Positions 12,901 through 45,700 of a DNA stretch of 64,000 nucleotides are shown one piece after another. The translations under genes and the position numbers were made by a program. Where the stretch lies: the NCBI RefSeq assembly GCF_001447785.1, contig NW_015164247.1:154600-218599 (forward strand). Direction: 5' to 3'. Positions within the stretch are counted from its first letter, which is position 1, and each line of letters starts with the position of its first letter. A model generated the notes under the pieces. It was given only the letters and a program-made list of their open reading frames with translations, had not been told where the DNA came from and did no database searches. Origin of the DNA: Gekko japonicus (taxonomy: Eukaryota).

Positions 12901-15900
12901 AAGGAAGAAAAGGTCACGCGCTCCCCATTTCCCAACTGTAGGCAGAAGATGGGCAGTATTACATCAGTCTAGATTTATGAAGTATGCAACCCCCACCTTT
13001 TATTTGTATTTTAATTGTTTTAAATTTAATTCATTTGTATTTAAATTGTTTTAAATGATTTTATGTGGTTTTATTGGTATTGTACCAACTGTGTAAGCCG
13101 CCCTGAGCCCGCTCATGGGGAGGGAGGGGTACAGATTGAATAAATAAATATAACATGTACAGGACAATCCTAAACAGAGTCAAGGTACTTAGAAGGGGGT
13201 AACTGCGCTTAGGGTTGCACAGTTAGTGTCTTTGAAAGAGGCCAAAACAACTGAGAAATGGTTTAGAATCACATTTCCACTTTACGTATTTTAACAAGTT
13301 TACAGCTTGCAGATAAATGCAAAATATTTGATGTATCTTTTAAAATGTATCTAACATTAATGTAGCTTACTGCAGTAACACCCTACAACATGTAGGTGGT
13401 TAGACTAGGATTCCAAAAGGATCTATTTGTATTCTGTTCTTTTTATTCTTCAGTGACAATAGATCATACACAATGACCTGCTGTTATTGACACATCACAT
13501 AGAAAGTTACCATGTTTCCATTAATAGCTACTTCAGCTAATATTTCCCTAAAAGTCTAAGTACCAACTCTCAAGCCCAAGTAAGTAAACTATAAAAGATA
13601 AACAGAAGTCACTAGCATTCACAATGCTGTTAGACCTTAACTACAAATTTTTACAACTGATTTAATCCTTTAGGGGGGAAAGCTACGTGTTCCCTAGTAC
13701 TTCACATTTTAACCAGTCTTTAATTATTCTGTATCAGCAGTGTCTTGTCCCATAATGCCTTACGCAAGTAAACATAACATTCCAGAGCTTATCCTACAAC
13801 CCTTTATGCACACTGAAGAGGATTAGGGATTTCTTTAGTTGAAATACTGCAGATAATTTAAGCCCAAAGCTACAGCTTTATAGGGCAAGATAAGTATTGT
13901 AGAAATCAGGTAGTTTTAATATTGAAAATACGTGGTTTAAACCTTTAATCCTTTCCCCTGGAAAGTTATTGCTGCCACAGGGTACAGAAGTGGTTTTGAG
14001 GACTTCACTAGTGGGCACTTTTTGAAGTTTGGGAACAGAAATGTAGGCATCACAATAAAATGGCTGCCAACTGGGGCTAGGCCAATCATGAGGGATGCGT
14101 TCAATCACAAAATACTGGAGGATTTCAAGCCAAAGCATTCTTCTACGATGGAGACAGCTATTTCCAAATGGGTTCTCCCTGCAGATGTGAAAATTATACT
14201 TCATGGGAATCTTTAGACACATCTTCTAATTAATTGGGGGAAAGTCAACACTGGCTCTTTACTTTGGGGGAAGAAGCCAGTGGGCACCAGGAACACACTG
14301 GCAGACGCCATGGGACCCACAGGTACCATATTGGACATCACTGCCCTGTGTGAACCAATGTGCTGATCAAGTTCAGCATCAACATGTTGTTCCTTCTCCT
14401 AGGGTGGGGAGAACAGCTGCAGCCTGCTCATGGGCTCTTCTCAGCTTCAGATTTGGGGAACAGCCATCCCTTGGAAGCCAATATTGTTGCTATTCCTCCT
14501 GTTTTTAGGAAAGTCTGTAAGGCACTAGTTTGGTGTAGTGGTTAAATGTGTGGTCTCTAACCGGGGAGAACCGGGTTTGATTCCCCACTCCTCCACTTGC
14601 AGCTGTGGGATGACCTTGGGCAAGCCATAATTCTGACAAGAGCTGTCCTTGAAAGAGCAGTCCTTGAAAGAGCTATCTCAGCCCCACCTACCTCACAGGG
14701 TGTCTGTTTGGGGAGGGGAAGGGAAAGGAGTTTGTAAGCCTCTCTGAGACTCCGAGTGAAGGGCAGGGTATAAATCCAATCTCTTCTACTTAAGAGAACT
14801 CTTGGTTAATGGCAACAGGAATTAGTTCTGGGATCATTTGTACAGTGGTTGTTGGATTTTTATTTTAACTGGCTTTCTTAGGTAGTGCACTGATTTTATG
14901 AACTATCTTTAGGTTCCTCTGACAGCCTGCAAAAGGCAGGCTAAAAGATTTCAATAAATATAGCATGTAAATGGCCTTTATGTTATCACAAGTGACCCTG
15001 CCTGTCATCTGCACAGCAGCCAATTTATACTACTAAAGAGAAATTCCAGGCCTGTGCCATGTTGAACTATGGCTAGGAGGATTATCTGTCTGAATATTTC
15101 ACCACAAAGACCAACACCCTTCATATCCAAGAGAAAAGAACTCATTAGGAAGTGGGCTTGGCTCAACCCTTTCCTTCAGCATGCTCCATTTTTATGTGCA
15201 CGGAACTTTCCTCCGTGGGGGAGCATTCATACATGAAGCCTGCCCCCACCAACCTGAAGAGATACAGTCCAAGGAAGACTTGGCCAGTTCATACAATCTG
15301 CAGAATTACTGTACACTGATTAGGAGTCAAGGATGGTAGTTAAAACAGATTAATTCAATGCCATTTTGTTTACATTGCCACACATGACCACACCCTTGTC
15401 TTCTGCTTCAATTGATTTAGAACCCCTTTCTTCTTTTCTGCACAGAGGATCACCAGTGTGGATCAGAAACTCAAACTTCACTCACACTGACATGATCTAG
15501 AATAAATATTGGGGGGGGGGAGAGAAGTGACCCATACAACTCTGGACTACAAGTTTAGAGAAAACAGAGGATATTAAAATAGCTGAGCAAGCTCACAGAG
15601 GTACCACTGAGTCTATATAGCCAAGCTTGGTATTCTCCTGCCTTCTGCTGAATCCTCCACACTTCCAGGTGCAGCACTCTAAACACACACCTTTAGTTTT
15701 CCTTCAGTCAGGGGCTGGTTCAATGCCCAACACAGTTGCTTAGACCAAAATATCAGCTAGAGGGTGGGGCAGGAGCAGAACCATGTCCCCTCACACCGCT
15801 ATCTCTGCAGCACAACCAAATGCAAGGTCGGATGCAACAGCAGCCACCTTCAACCCAAATTAGCATCATCCTTTGCCATCCTGCTGACTGCAAGACAGGT

Positions 15901-16149
15901 GTTTCTACACCCTGCCTTGCACCTGGCAGTGCTAAACGGGAGAAGACACACACTCTTTCACCGCTACCGCCTATCGCAGATCCAAAGCTTCTTCAGCCTG
16001 TTACCATGCCCAGCAGGGAGGCAGGAGGTGGTGCATCCCCTATAAACTTACTCCGCCCAGGCAGGCTGCAGAAGCTACCCGGTGGGGCACCACGGGAGGA
16101 AATATCCCTGAATCTGACACCAGGCTTGTGGTCAAGGCGGTTCCTTCAG

Positions 16150-17530
16150 CAACCAGAAAGGCAGCACGGGAAGAGGAGCCCCCCCCCCCCCCCGGGCTCG
16201 GTCCAAGGCAGACTGCAGGGCCAGCTATGTTGCACCGATCAGGGTGGCGTCGGAAGGCGGCGCCTGGAGGAGCAGCAGAGCGCCTTGAGGCTGTCCCCGA
16301 ATCCCCTCGACGAGGCTCTCAACCCCCTGGCCCGGCACTGGCGCGACCCCTGGAAGAAGAGCCGCCCCGGCGGGCTAGCGCCGTCCCGTTTTCTCCCAAC
16401 TTCTTGCCAACCGACTGCCCACCCCTGCGGCCGCCTTGGCCCTGCCACCTCCTCCAAACCCGACAGATGGAGAGAGAGAAACAAGGAGCGCTGCGCGACA
16501 GAGACGCGTCCCGGGAGCCGTGGCGGGCTGCGGGGTTTTTCGCGGCTTTCCCCCAAGACTCGACGCCCGCCCGGGAAAACACTCACCGGTTCCTCACAGG
16601 GTGATTCCCCGGCACCTTTCGTTCACGCAGCCGGCAGCACCGCCATCCTAGCTGGGGTCGTGCTGGGGTCCTGGCTGCCCCCACCCCCGGCCTGGAGTGA
16701 CACCGCCTCCCGCCTCCCACTTCGGCTGCAAGCAGATGGTCCTCACAGAAATGGGTGTGTGTGTGTGGAAGCCCCGGTCGAGGAGGAGACCCGCCGTTCC
16801 CACTCGCTCGGCGCTGCTGCTGCTGCTGCCCCTTTGTTCGCCTCGGACGGCGGGGTCCTCCCTGCTCTCTCTTTCTGCACTGGGCTGCAGCGCCCGGGCC
16901 TCGCCAGCCTCTTCTCTCGGCGTCTTTTCCGCCCCCCGCTCTCCCTCCCCCCGCCCCCCCTCGGGGCAAAGTCACGGTCCCCGCCGGAGCTGAGGCATCA
17001 TCTCGCAAGGAAGCCCGCCGCTCCTCCTCCCGCGGCCAACAACACAACGGCGGCAACAAGCAATCAGGCCTCCGACCCGGAAACTCATCCGCCGCCGGAG
17101 CCGCACGGGAAGCGGATCTGCTGCCCGGGCTGGGGTGGGAGGGGAGCAGCTGGGCGGAGCCGCCGCCGCCGAGGAGTGAACTCTCCGCCGGGGGCCGGAG
17201 GATGCATCCCTGGGAAGCGAGAGGGTCGTCAAGGGTACCCGCCGGGTAAGGTGAAACGGACCGGGCGAGGACCGTCAGACTCCCGTTCCCTCTTTTTAGT
17301 GCGCCGGTGTGGCTTTCGGTTGCGTCGATTGCGCCTGTCAGAGTTGCAGTCCTTTGCAGGGAGGGGGCAGACCTGGAGTGGAAGGAAGCCCGCCCGGAAC
17401 ACAGCGGGGGCTGCTGTCTCAGTAAGCGTGCGTAGGTTGGAGCTGCGGTCGTGTGCACAGTTTCCTCGGAAGTGGAGACCACTGCATTCTATCGAAGTAG
17501 ATGGGGCTGCCTGTTTGAATGCCCCCAGCC
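16150..17530. promoter_or_regulatory. CpG island / bidirectional promoter of ANKIB1 (-) and KRIT1 (+)
   Basis: High GC with undepleted CpG. Outward-facing splice donors: minus strand CCG|GTGAGT at 16587/16586 and plus strand CGG|GTAAGG at 17245/17246. ETS-like CCGGAA near 17077. A head-to-head KRIT1/ANKIB1 arrangement is known in mammals. Confidence 0.85.
16587..17050 (-). other. ANKIB1: Probable non-coding exon 1 of ANKIB1; intron 1 runs from 16586 past the left edge of the window
   Basis: Perfect minus-strand donor GTGAGT at 16586-16581 in the CpG island. Gene identity comes from synteny only, no ANKIB1 coding exon was found, and the TSS is approximate. Confidence 0.55.
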
Positions 17531-18114
17531 ACCAACGCGCCTAAAAGCAGTGTGTTTACAGAAGCCTAGATTGTATTTTTCGCCCTGACCATGCTTGTTC
17601 TGTATCCGCAAGGAGCTGAGGTTTTTTTTAAAAAAAATACAAGGGAAAAAGCGTTCAAACGTGTGGTCCCAGCTCTTCAGCTGAAAATGGTAGAATCTTG
17701 GAAATCGCCTTGATTCCAACCTATGTATAAAATTGCATCCCGCCCCCCCCCCTGTACTAATATGGCTGTTTGGAGGGGAGGGGCCATGGCTCAGTGAAAG
17801 AGTATCTGCTTAGCATGCAGAAGGGCCTGGTTTCACTCCAGGGCACCTCCAGTCGAAAGGACCAGGCAGTAAGTGATGTGAAAGATCTCAGCCTGAGGCC
17901 CTGGAGAGCCCGCTACCAGTCTGAATAGACAATACTGACCTTGATGCATAAGGCAGCTTCATGCGTTTACCGTGTCTTTGCACTACTGAGTAAGCATGCA
18001 AAGGAGGCATGCTTGTCATCTATTTCCCTCACTACAATTATCTGTTTTCCTGCAGTCTATTCCACTCTATAGCATTGATTCTGAATGGACCACTTAATCT
18101 CAGATTAAATGGCT

Positions 18115-18375
18115 ATTAGAGACCAATCCTGTCCCTCCTCTTCTCCAGATTGAACATTCCCAAATCCTTCAGCCTTTCCTCATAGGGCTTAGTCTCCAGG
18201 CCCCTAATCATCCTTGTCACTCTCTCCTCTGCACCTGCTCCATTCTGTCCACATCCTTTTTGAAGTGAGGCCTCCAGAACTGTACACAATACTCCAGGTG
18301 CATCAATACTCCAGGTGCAGCCTGACCAATGCAGTATACAGTGGGACTGTGACATCTTGCAATTTGGATGTTATG
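18115..18375 (-). mobile_element. CR1 LINE fragment
   Basis: Minus ORF ...RMIRGLETKPYEERLKDLGMFNLEKRR. Confidence 0.75.
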
Positions 18376-19287
18376 GGTTATAATCATTACCCAGACTAAT
18401 CAACATAAAATCTCACATCAGCTTTTGTGTATGACATCTTGCTATTGAGGTGATTAAAGGATGGTATTTGATTGTACTTGCTATGCAGGTTTACCAGCTG
18501 GTGTAATTGCTGAGGTGGTAATTATCCCAGACCAATTACCACAGAAAACAAAGGTGTGATCTTGTATATGTAGGAATCTGGGTTAGATCCACACACTGAA
18601 GTTGGGCTCCTTGGGTGAGAAGGTTTTTGTCACTCCCAGGCAAAAGACTTGCACTGCTGCCACCTCCTCTGTTCACATCCTTGTTTAGATCTCATCGTCG
18701 TGCAGCCTTTAACCATGATTTGCTTGTAGTCAGACACTTCTGTACAGACTTGAGTATTAAACTTAGCCACTGTCCTTGCTATGTAGCCCTGTCTTTAGTG
18801 GATGATTCATAACTCTGCTTTTAAAAAAAAAATAGGATTAAAACACAATCCTGATTGAATTTAATAGTTTCATTTTAACTTCGGTATGGGTTGAGCTGTC
18901 AGTAACAGTCTCATCATTACAATTCCTTACCTGCAAAAGTGTTAACAAATATAGGCAATTGTTTAAATAATATACCAGTTACACCTTTTACAATTTCATA
19001 AACTCTTAATGCAGTAAAAATGTTTATTGTTGCCATAGGAAATATTGCACCTTGTCTTAAAATGTTTTAATTTTGTTAGTAATTTTGTTTGTATGACAGT
19101 AGTTATTTTCATTTTAGAACTATAAATCCTGATTGTAAAGGCGCATTATATGAATGCAAAACTTATGTCAGTGGAATTTTCCTTCTGTATAGTGGTCCCA
19201 GATGAGAGATCTGCATTCACAGCTTACGTGCGCTTACCCTTTCATCAGATGGTGAATGCTGTAAGCTTTGATAGCAGAGTATTATTT

Positions 19288-20184
19288 CAGGGTTGCCACT
19301 TTCTGGAAAGTCAGGGAAATGAAAATAAGTCAGGGAAATGAAAATAAGTCAGGGAAATGAAAATAAGTCAGGGAAATGAAAATAAGTCAGGGAAATGAAA
19401 ATAAGTCAGGGAAATGAAAATAAGTCAGGGAAATGAAAATAAGTCAGGGAAACTGGTCTGAAGTCAGGGAAAGTCAGGGAAGTTGTGATTAAAATATATT
19501 CAAGCGGTGGACTTTTGACCTGCTGCTGCAAGAGCATGATCTGTTCTTGTGGCAACTGGAATAGAGAAGTAGCAAATACAAGTAGAACTTAATGATGCCC
19601 TTTCCCAACTATTTTAGATAGAATGTTTATATAGTTTTTAGTGTACCTTTAAAACAATAACAAAAATGTTATGTCATTTGTTAGCATTCAGAGTTTACTT
19701 GAATTGAAATTTGTATCTTGGTGTAATTTTTGGTGCAATTGCAAAACAGATGTTGCTGCAGTTAATGTTGAAAGAAGCTGATATTAAATCTCTTTGACAA
19801 ATATTTTTGCAGTTGAGACTTGTGTCGTTGTAGAGTGGAACCCTTACCTTGCATTAATGCAATATGACCAGTGTCCCCTCTAAGCAGAGTTAGTGTGAGC
19901 TAGCTCACAGTTTTTTAGCCTCCAGTTCACACATTCTTGTCTTAACCCACGAAGGAGGGCTCCTTAGCAAACTAATTTACGCAGTAGCCACATCGCTCGC
20001 TCACAACTCTCATGCCAGTAGCTCACAAAGTAGAATTTTTGCTCACAAGACTCCACAGCTTAGAGGGAGCATTGACCTATTCATTTTTTAACGTTGTTAT
20101 AATTGAATGGTGGTCAGGGAAATTGACAGATGTTGGTCAGGGAAAGTCAGGGAAATGAAAAATAAATTTTTAGTGGCAACCCTG
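19288..20184. mobile_element. TIR DNA transposon remnant with subterminal GTCAGGGAAA repeats and a nested MITE (19869-20074)
   Basis: TIRs CAGGGTTGCCACT / AGTGGCAACCCTG; GTCAGGGAAA motifs near both ends; no clear TSD. Confidence 0.65.
19308..19452. repeat. 19-bp perfect tandem repeat (AAGTCAGGGAAATGAAAAT) x ~7.6
   Basis: Read directly from the sequence. Confidence 0.95.
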
Positions 20185-20817
20185 TAAGAGCAAGAAGCAT
20201 GAAGGCAAGCCCTGCATACTGACAGGAAAGGAGGTCTGAGATCAATACCATTCCCCACATTCAGGTGACTTGAAATCAATAGGTTTAGACTAGAGTAACT
20301 CTGCATAGGATTGCACTGATGCAGTGTCGAAGCTGATAGTCATATCTCTTCAGCACTGTGTACCCAGTTTCTGTGGAGTGTTGCAAACTGCAGGCATAAC
20401 TCCACATGTTAAACGCAGATCTCGTCTCAAGGACCATACGTGCAGCCTATTTTTGTATATGTGGTTCCTGACCAACAAAGGACTGGAGCACACATTGCCT
20501 TCGGGGTAGAGCGGGATATAAATTCAAAGATAAATAAATTAAAAAATAGTATCACATCTCTTAGATCCAAACAGCCTATCTTGTATTCCTTAAGCAAGAA
20601 TAATTATGCAATGGCTTTCTTTAAAATATATATATAACTTTATATGTATATAATTTTTAGAAGCCAATCAAGTAGTCAAAGCACAAAGAAAAAAATGGGT
20701 TCTGAATATAGAAAAGCAAAAAAAGCAGGGGAGAGAGAATTATAGTTTTTTGTGAACCTGTTTTTTAGTAATTTAATTTATTGTTATTATTATTTTCAGT
20801 AACAAAAGGAGTAATAA

Positions 20818-40744
<19,927 letters not shown>

Positions 40745-41569
40745 AATAAGAATAGCTATGTCATGAATTTTGTAATGCCTGTATTATAAATTTTGTAATG
40801 TCCGTATTATAAAGCCTTACATGTGTATGAGTTGTACAGGGATAATATGCTAAGCTTATTGAATTTCAGAAGCTGCATTGTTTGGTAAATGTGTAAATAC
40901 CTTGTTGCCTCCTTTTTTGATGCTTTATTGGAGAATAATATTTTGTGTAGTGCGAGTGCGTATGTAAACTCAAGTGTACGAATATTAAATAAGACCGAGT
41001 TATTTACAGGGCCTAATAGATTCTAGAGTAAGTATATGTTGTATAGTTTTTAGTAGGCAATGTAGGAGCAAGTGCCATACAGTAGCCCTAGTTCAATCTG
41101 GTAACTGCAAACTGATCTCTCGGACTGAGAGCTGAAAGCAGGCACACACAAGGGCTTTTTGGAGATACTGGAAACTTTTTGTTCTGTGATCCTTCACAGC
41201 CCCTGAGAGTCTAGAAACCTTCCAGTAAAGAATAAGAGGCTGCAGGTAGAGGGGGAGATCAGGAACAAAATGTGCACTTTTCTTTAATACACAAGGCTTA
41301 TTGGAAACCAGATAATATTTTAGTTAGCGTTTGTCACCCTTGCTTTATAACTCAGTTTGAAAATAAAAGTCTCACTATACATCCAGAGTACTGTATGGAA
41401 AGAGTTGCTAAAAGCTGCCTTGAATAATACTCAGTGTTTAATGAATTCAGCATATTTCATTTTTTTTTACTTATAAACTCATTTTAGTTCTAATTTATTT
41501 TGTGTACGTATTTTTGAAATACCTCATTTGTATAAATGCTTACAGATGACTTTTTATATAATTTTTTTA

Positions 41570-41575
41570 AATAAA
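41570..41575 (+). terminator. Probable KRIT1 polyadenylation signal (alternative AATAAA at 41362-41367)
   Basis: AATAAA ending an AT-rich 3' UTR, followed by a GT/T-rich tract (ctttgttgttg). Confidence 0.55.
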
Positions 41576-41683
41576 ACTTTCATTTTAAGTAAGCCTTTGT
41601 TGTTGAATTTAGGATTCATATACTCTCCTGTGCCTTTTTATTAGTATTGTTTAACGGTTCCTTACAATATAAGTCTTGCCCCC

Positions 41684-42041
41684 TGTGCTGCCCCCAGCCA
41701 GCGTTAATGTACCTTTAAGAGTAGTTTCACCTGGGAATTGGAGTCCACAGTTAGGGGTCCCAGAAGCTTCCCTCTGACTGGCTCATTAAGAATAATTTCC
41801 TGAGCTCAGAGGCGCAAAGATAGGAGTTTTATTGTTCTTTTCCGTTTCTTTGTCCATCAACCCTTACTGCAAGGAGAGGGGAAGCCCATCTCTTTTCTCA
41901 CCACGGCTATAGAACTGACCTAGATTACAAGATGTAACTTTCCACCCAGCTATCAGCTTGATTGTGAGTAAACGATCTTCTGAATGCGTGTGAAGTTAAA
42001 TAAAGATGATTTAAGCTCTCCTCAGTAGTCGTGCGTTGACA
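41684..42041 (+). mobile_element. Possible solo LTR downstream of KRIT1
   Basis: TG...TGACA ends, AATAAA about 40 nt before the end, CpG-retaining; TSD imperfect and left end uncertain. Confidence 0.35.
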
Positions 42042-42368
42042 CACCTAGAGAGCGTTGGCTTAGCACAGCTCATGCTCGACAGGAAAACCCCCTGAGAAGG
42101 CTGTACTGCTCAAGTTGTGAGACATCAGAAACTGCCTTATACCGAATCAAACCATTAGTCCATCAAGACCAGTACTGTCTACTTAGAATGGCAGCGGTAC
42201 TCTAAGGTCTTAGAACTTTCACATCACCCACTACTTTCTCCTTTCTCTGGAGATGCCAGGAATTGAACTTGGTACCTTCTTTGCATGCCAAGTAGATGCT
42301 CTACCACTGAGCCATTGTATAAAGACAACCCACTATTTAACTTAAATTAGCACCTGTAATGAGATAAG

Positions 42369-42715
42369 AGGGGCTGCGATGGCTCAGAGGTTAAGAGGCT
42401 GAGCTGCAGACTGGAAGGTCGGTAGTTCGGCAGTTTGAGACCCTAGTGCCGTGTGATGGAGTGAGCTCCCGTCTCTGGCCCCAGCTCCTGCAAACCTAGC
42501 AGTTCAAAAGCAAGAAATTGCAAGTAGATAACTAGGTACCACTGCAGTGGGAAGGTAACAGCGTTCCGTGTGCCTCGGTATTTAGTAATGCAGACCACAT
42601 GACCATGGAAGCATCTTCGGACAGCGCTGGCTCTTCGGCTTGGAAATGGAGATGAACACCGCCTGCAAAAGTCAGATTTGACTGGCTTTCAAGCAAGTGA
42701 AACCTTTACCTTTAC
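42369..42715 (+). mobile_element. Sauria SINE
   Basis: GGGCTGCGATGGCTCAG head, ACCTTTACCTTTAC tail, TSD TAAT(G/A)AGATAAGA. Confidence 0.8.
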
Positions 42716-45700
42716 TTAATAAGATAAGAATCCACTGTCCATATTCAGCTGGGGTGGTGGTGAAGAGGGATATCGCACGTTCAAATTTCCAGTAACTCTG
42801 AAATTATAATTCATTATAATTATTTATCGTTATGGTAGGAAGGGGGAAATGGTGTCTTTCCTTGCTGGGAAACCTCTTTAGGCCCAGGGTTCCCTGTGGT
42901 AACCTCCTGTCACCATTCAGGACCTCCTGAGAACATCTAGACTGACCCACTGAGAAGGCACTCTTCCAGTGCAGTACTAGATCAATGATAAAGTGACAGG
43001 GTAGAAACTCTAGAAAACACCCTATAACCAACCAGTAGCACTCATGCAGTAGCACATGAGGAAGAGATTAAGAGAAATATCCCAGAGAAATAAGTTGTAT
43101 TAAACAAAGACAGAAAAATTACTTTATTAAAAAGGTGTATTATGAAAGGGGAGGGGGAGGAAAAGAATGGTTGAATTCCAAAGGTGGTGGGAAAATGGCA
43201 AAAACAAAATATAGGGGAAAGCACAGAGCAACAGCAGAACAGAGATGTTAAAAAGAAAAGCAATACTATTGAACTAAGCCAAACACATATTACCAAGGCT
43301 GTAGCAGAGCAGTAGCAGAGTTCCTTGCAGTAAAGAGGTTGAAGGGAGTCATTTTATTGATTTATTATATTTATATCCCGCCCTACCCTTGACAGGCTCA
43401 GTGCGGCTCACATTTACCGACACAATGTGCCCGGGCGACATAAAACATTTAAAAGAAAGTTAAAAACTTATAAAGTGCTCGCAGTAGACATTCTTCAATG
43501 GGTTAAGGTGGCGTGCTATTAGATATATATAATCTTGCAATCCCAATTTAGCAGTATATCGGTCTCCCACAACACTGTGGCTCGATCAGGGTTCAGGGCC
43601 ATCCCACCACCGCAGATGTTAATGATGGTAGTTGTTGGTGGTAGTGGTGGGCAGCTCCTAGTTGAAGGCCTGGTGGAAGAGCTCATTAGGAGTCATTAAC
43701 TCCTACCCAACCTGTGGACTCATTTTCTGCTGAAGATTGCAAACGGAAGACAACAGAAAATCCCAAATGTCCAGATATTTATGGTAAACCGAATTGGACC
43801 TAAGCCAGCCTCCTTTCTAAGAGTGACAAACTGATTTCTCCAATCCCACGCAAATCCCCATGTATGGTGTCAGATGCTACTGTTACTAGTCAAAGTCATA
43901 TAAGAGAGATTCCCACCTCCATCGAGCATCTGGTAATGGCTCTGAACTTCCATGACAAATAGATGGTGCCGTCTAAACGGGATTGTCCTTAGTTATAAAG
44001 GGCTTAATTCTGCCAGGATAGTTCAATGTGGAATGGAAATGAATGGGCCTTTCTAATGAAAACCTCCAGGGGTCCAAAATCCCAGATACTCTAGGTGTGC
44101 TGTTGCCCTAGTAAGGCGTTACAGTTGCTGTCACAATTATAATTCATTGCTTTGTAGTTACCATTGTAGGGGGGCTCTTCATGCATTTCAGTGATGCTGA
44201 CAGGGAACTGTAACCTCATCTGGTTTCATTAAAGAGAATTCACTATTTAACTTAAATTAGCACTTGTAATCCCCCTCAGAAGACCATTATATCTACTACT
44301 GTGGCCAGGAATCTCATAGAAAAAATGGTGTGGCCTTTATAGTCAACAAGAGAGGGTATAAGTTTTCCTGCATCAAAGCTCACTTCATTAGATACAGATA
44401 GAATGAATGTCCTTCTGTCCAGGTCAGAAGGTGGGAGGGGTGCAGCAAAGAAGGCCCAGCTGGAGTCAGGATGCAGAGATACACTGCAAAGCACAATCAG
44501 ATATAATTAATTTAAACTTATATTTAATTTAAATATACCTGAAGTACCCATAGAATCATAGAGTTGGAAGGGATCTCCTGGATCATCTAGTCTAACTCCC
44601 TGTACAATGCAGGAAATTCACAAATACTCCCCACGCACACACAGTGACTCCTGCTCCATGCCCAGAAAGTCCAGTTGCAAATGGCCATGAATGGTACTCT
44701 TTTATCTGCAGCAGAAATAGCACTTCTTGTGCGCTATTGTTTATTTTTATCACATGTAAAAACTGGTGAAACCCTGTAGTGTTACAGGCTATATGATATG
44801 GTTGCATGTTTGTCTCATTATCTACTTGTGCACTCAGAAAAAGAGGCAGAGGTGGCCAAGATCAGGCCAGGCTGGAGCAGACCTTTGGTTCAAAAGCTGG
44901 ATAGCAGGAGTCTTGCTGCAGGAAACTGCCCAAGCTAGTTCAGGGAGCTCAGTGAAAGGCTTATGTAGCTCTACCCATACCTGTACCCAGACACAGGTCT
45001 TAGATCCTATTAATATATACAGAACAGTTCTGTCTGCTGCATGAAACTGAAGTATGGGATGCCTTGAGGTGCCAGGAGTCCAGGCTTTGGCTTTGGCGTT
45101 GGCTGTCTGCCTTCTTTGGTCCTGGGGGAGCCCATAGGGTTTGCTGGAGGTGGACTGATGCACTCAGAGTTCCTGGTCTGCTTATTCCATGGCTTCTGGA
45201 ATGGGAGCCTGCTGTAGTGGATAAGGCAGGGGGTGTTCCCCTAGACCAATAGTACTCACCATGTGGGTTGTGGAGAGTCATATTCACAATGACCATCAAC
45301 CAAAACAGCCACATTTACTTGTACCCCCATGAGGATAGCAGCTTTTCTGTCTGTCCAGCAGCAGCTGTTTCTGTGTGGGAACCAACTGCCAACCGTAATC
45401 CCCACCAAGCAAAGGCCTGGCATGCTTTCCTGAAACACAGGGCGGGTGCCACATTGGATAATGCTATAAAGAAGAACCGCAGATGGCTCCAAAACCACTT
45501 AGTATCGCTGCCCTAGAGGAGTCAGGGGCTTTTGGTATGATTGGGATCGTGGTGAAGCTCCTCAGCCTTACAGGAGTCTTCCTCCCAAATGAGGCTAGGC
45601 CAGTGCAAATCTTGACAGTGTTACAGTTGATATTTCTTACAATTCCCTTCTCATCGGTGATGGAAAGTGCTGTCAAGTCACAGCTGACTTATGGTAACCC

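Noticed and set aside
1-16586. ANKIB1 coding exons
   Set aside because: No minus-strand sequence resembling the ANKIB1 N-terminus was found by eye; coding exons probably lie left of the window.
15736-17544. 602-aa plus-strand ORF and overlapping 299-aa minus-strand ORF
   Set aside because: Non-ATG starts, low-complexity Pro/Arg/Gly/Ala composition and no recognisable domain; explained by stop-codon scarcity in a CpG island.
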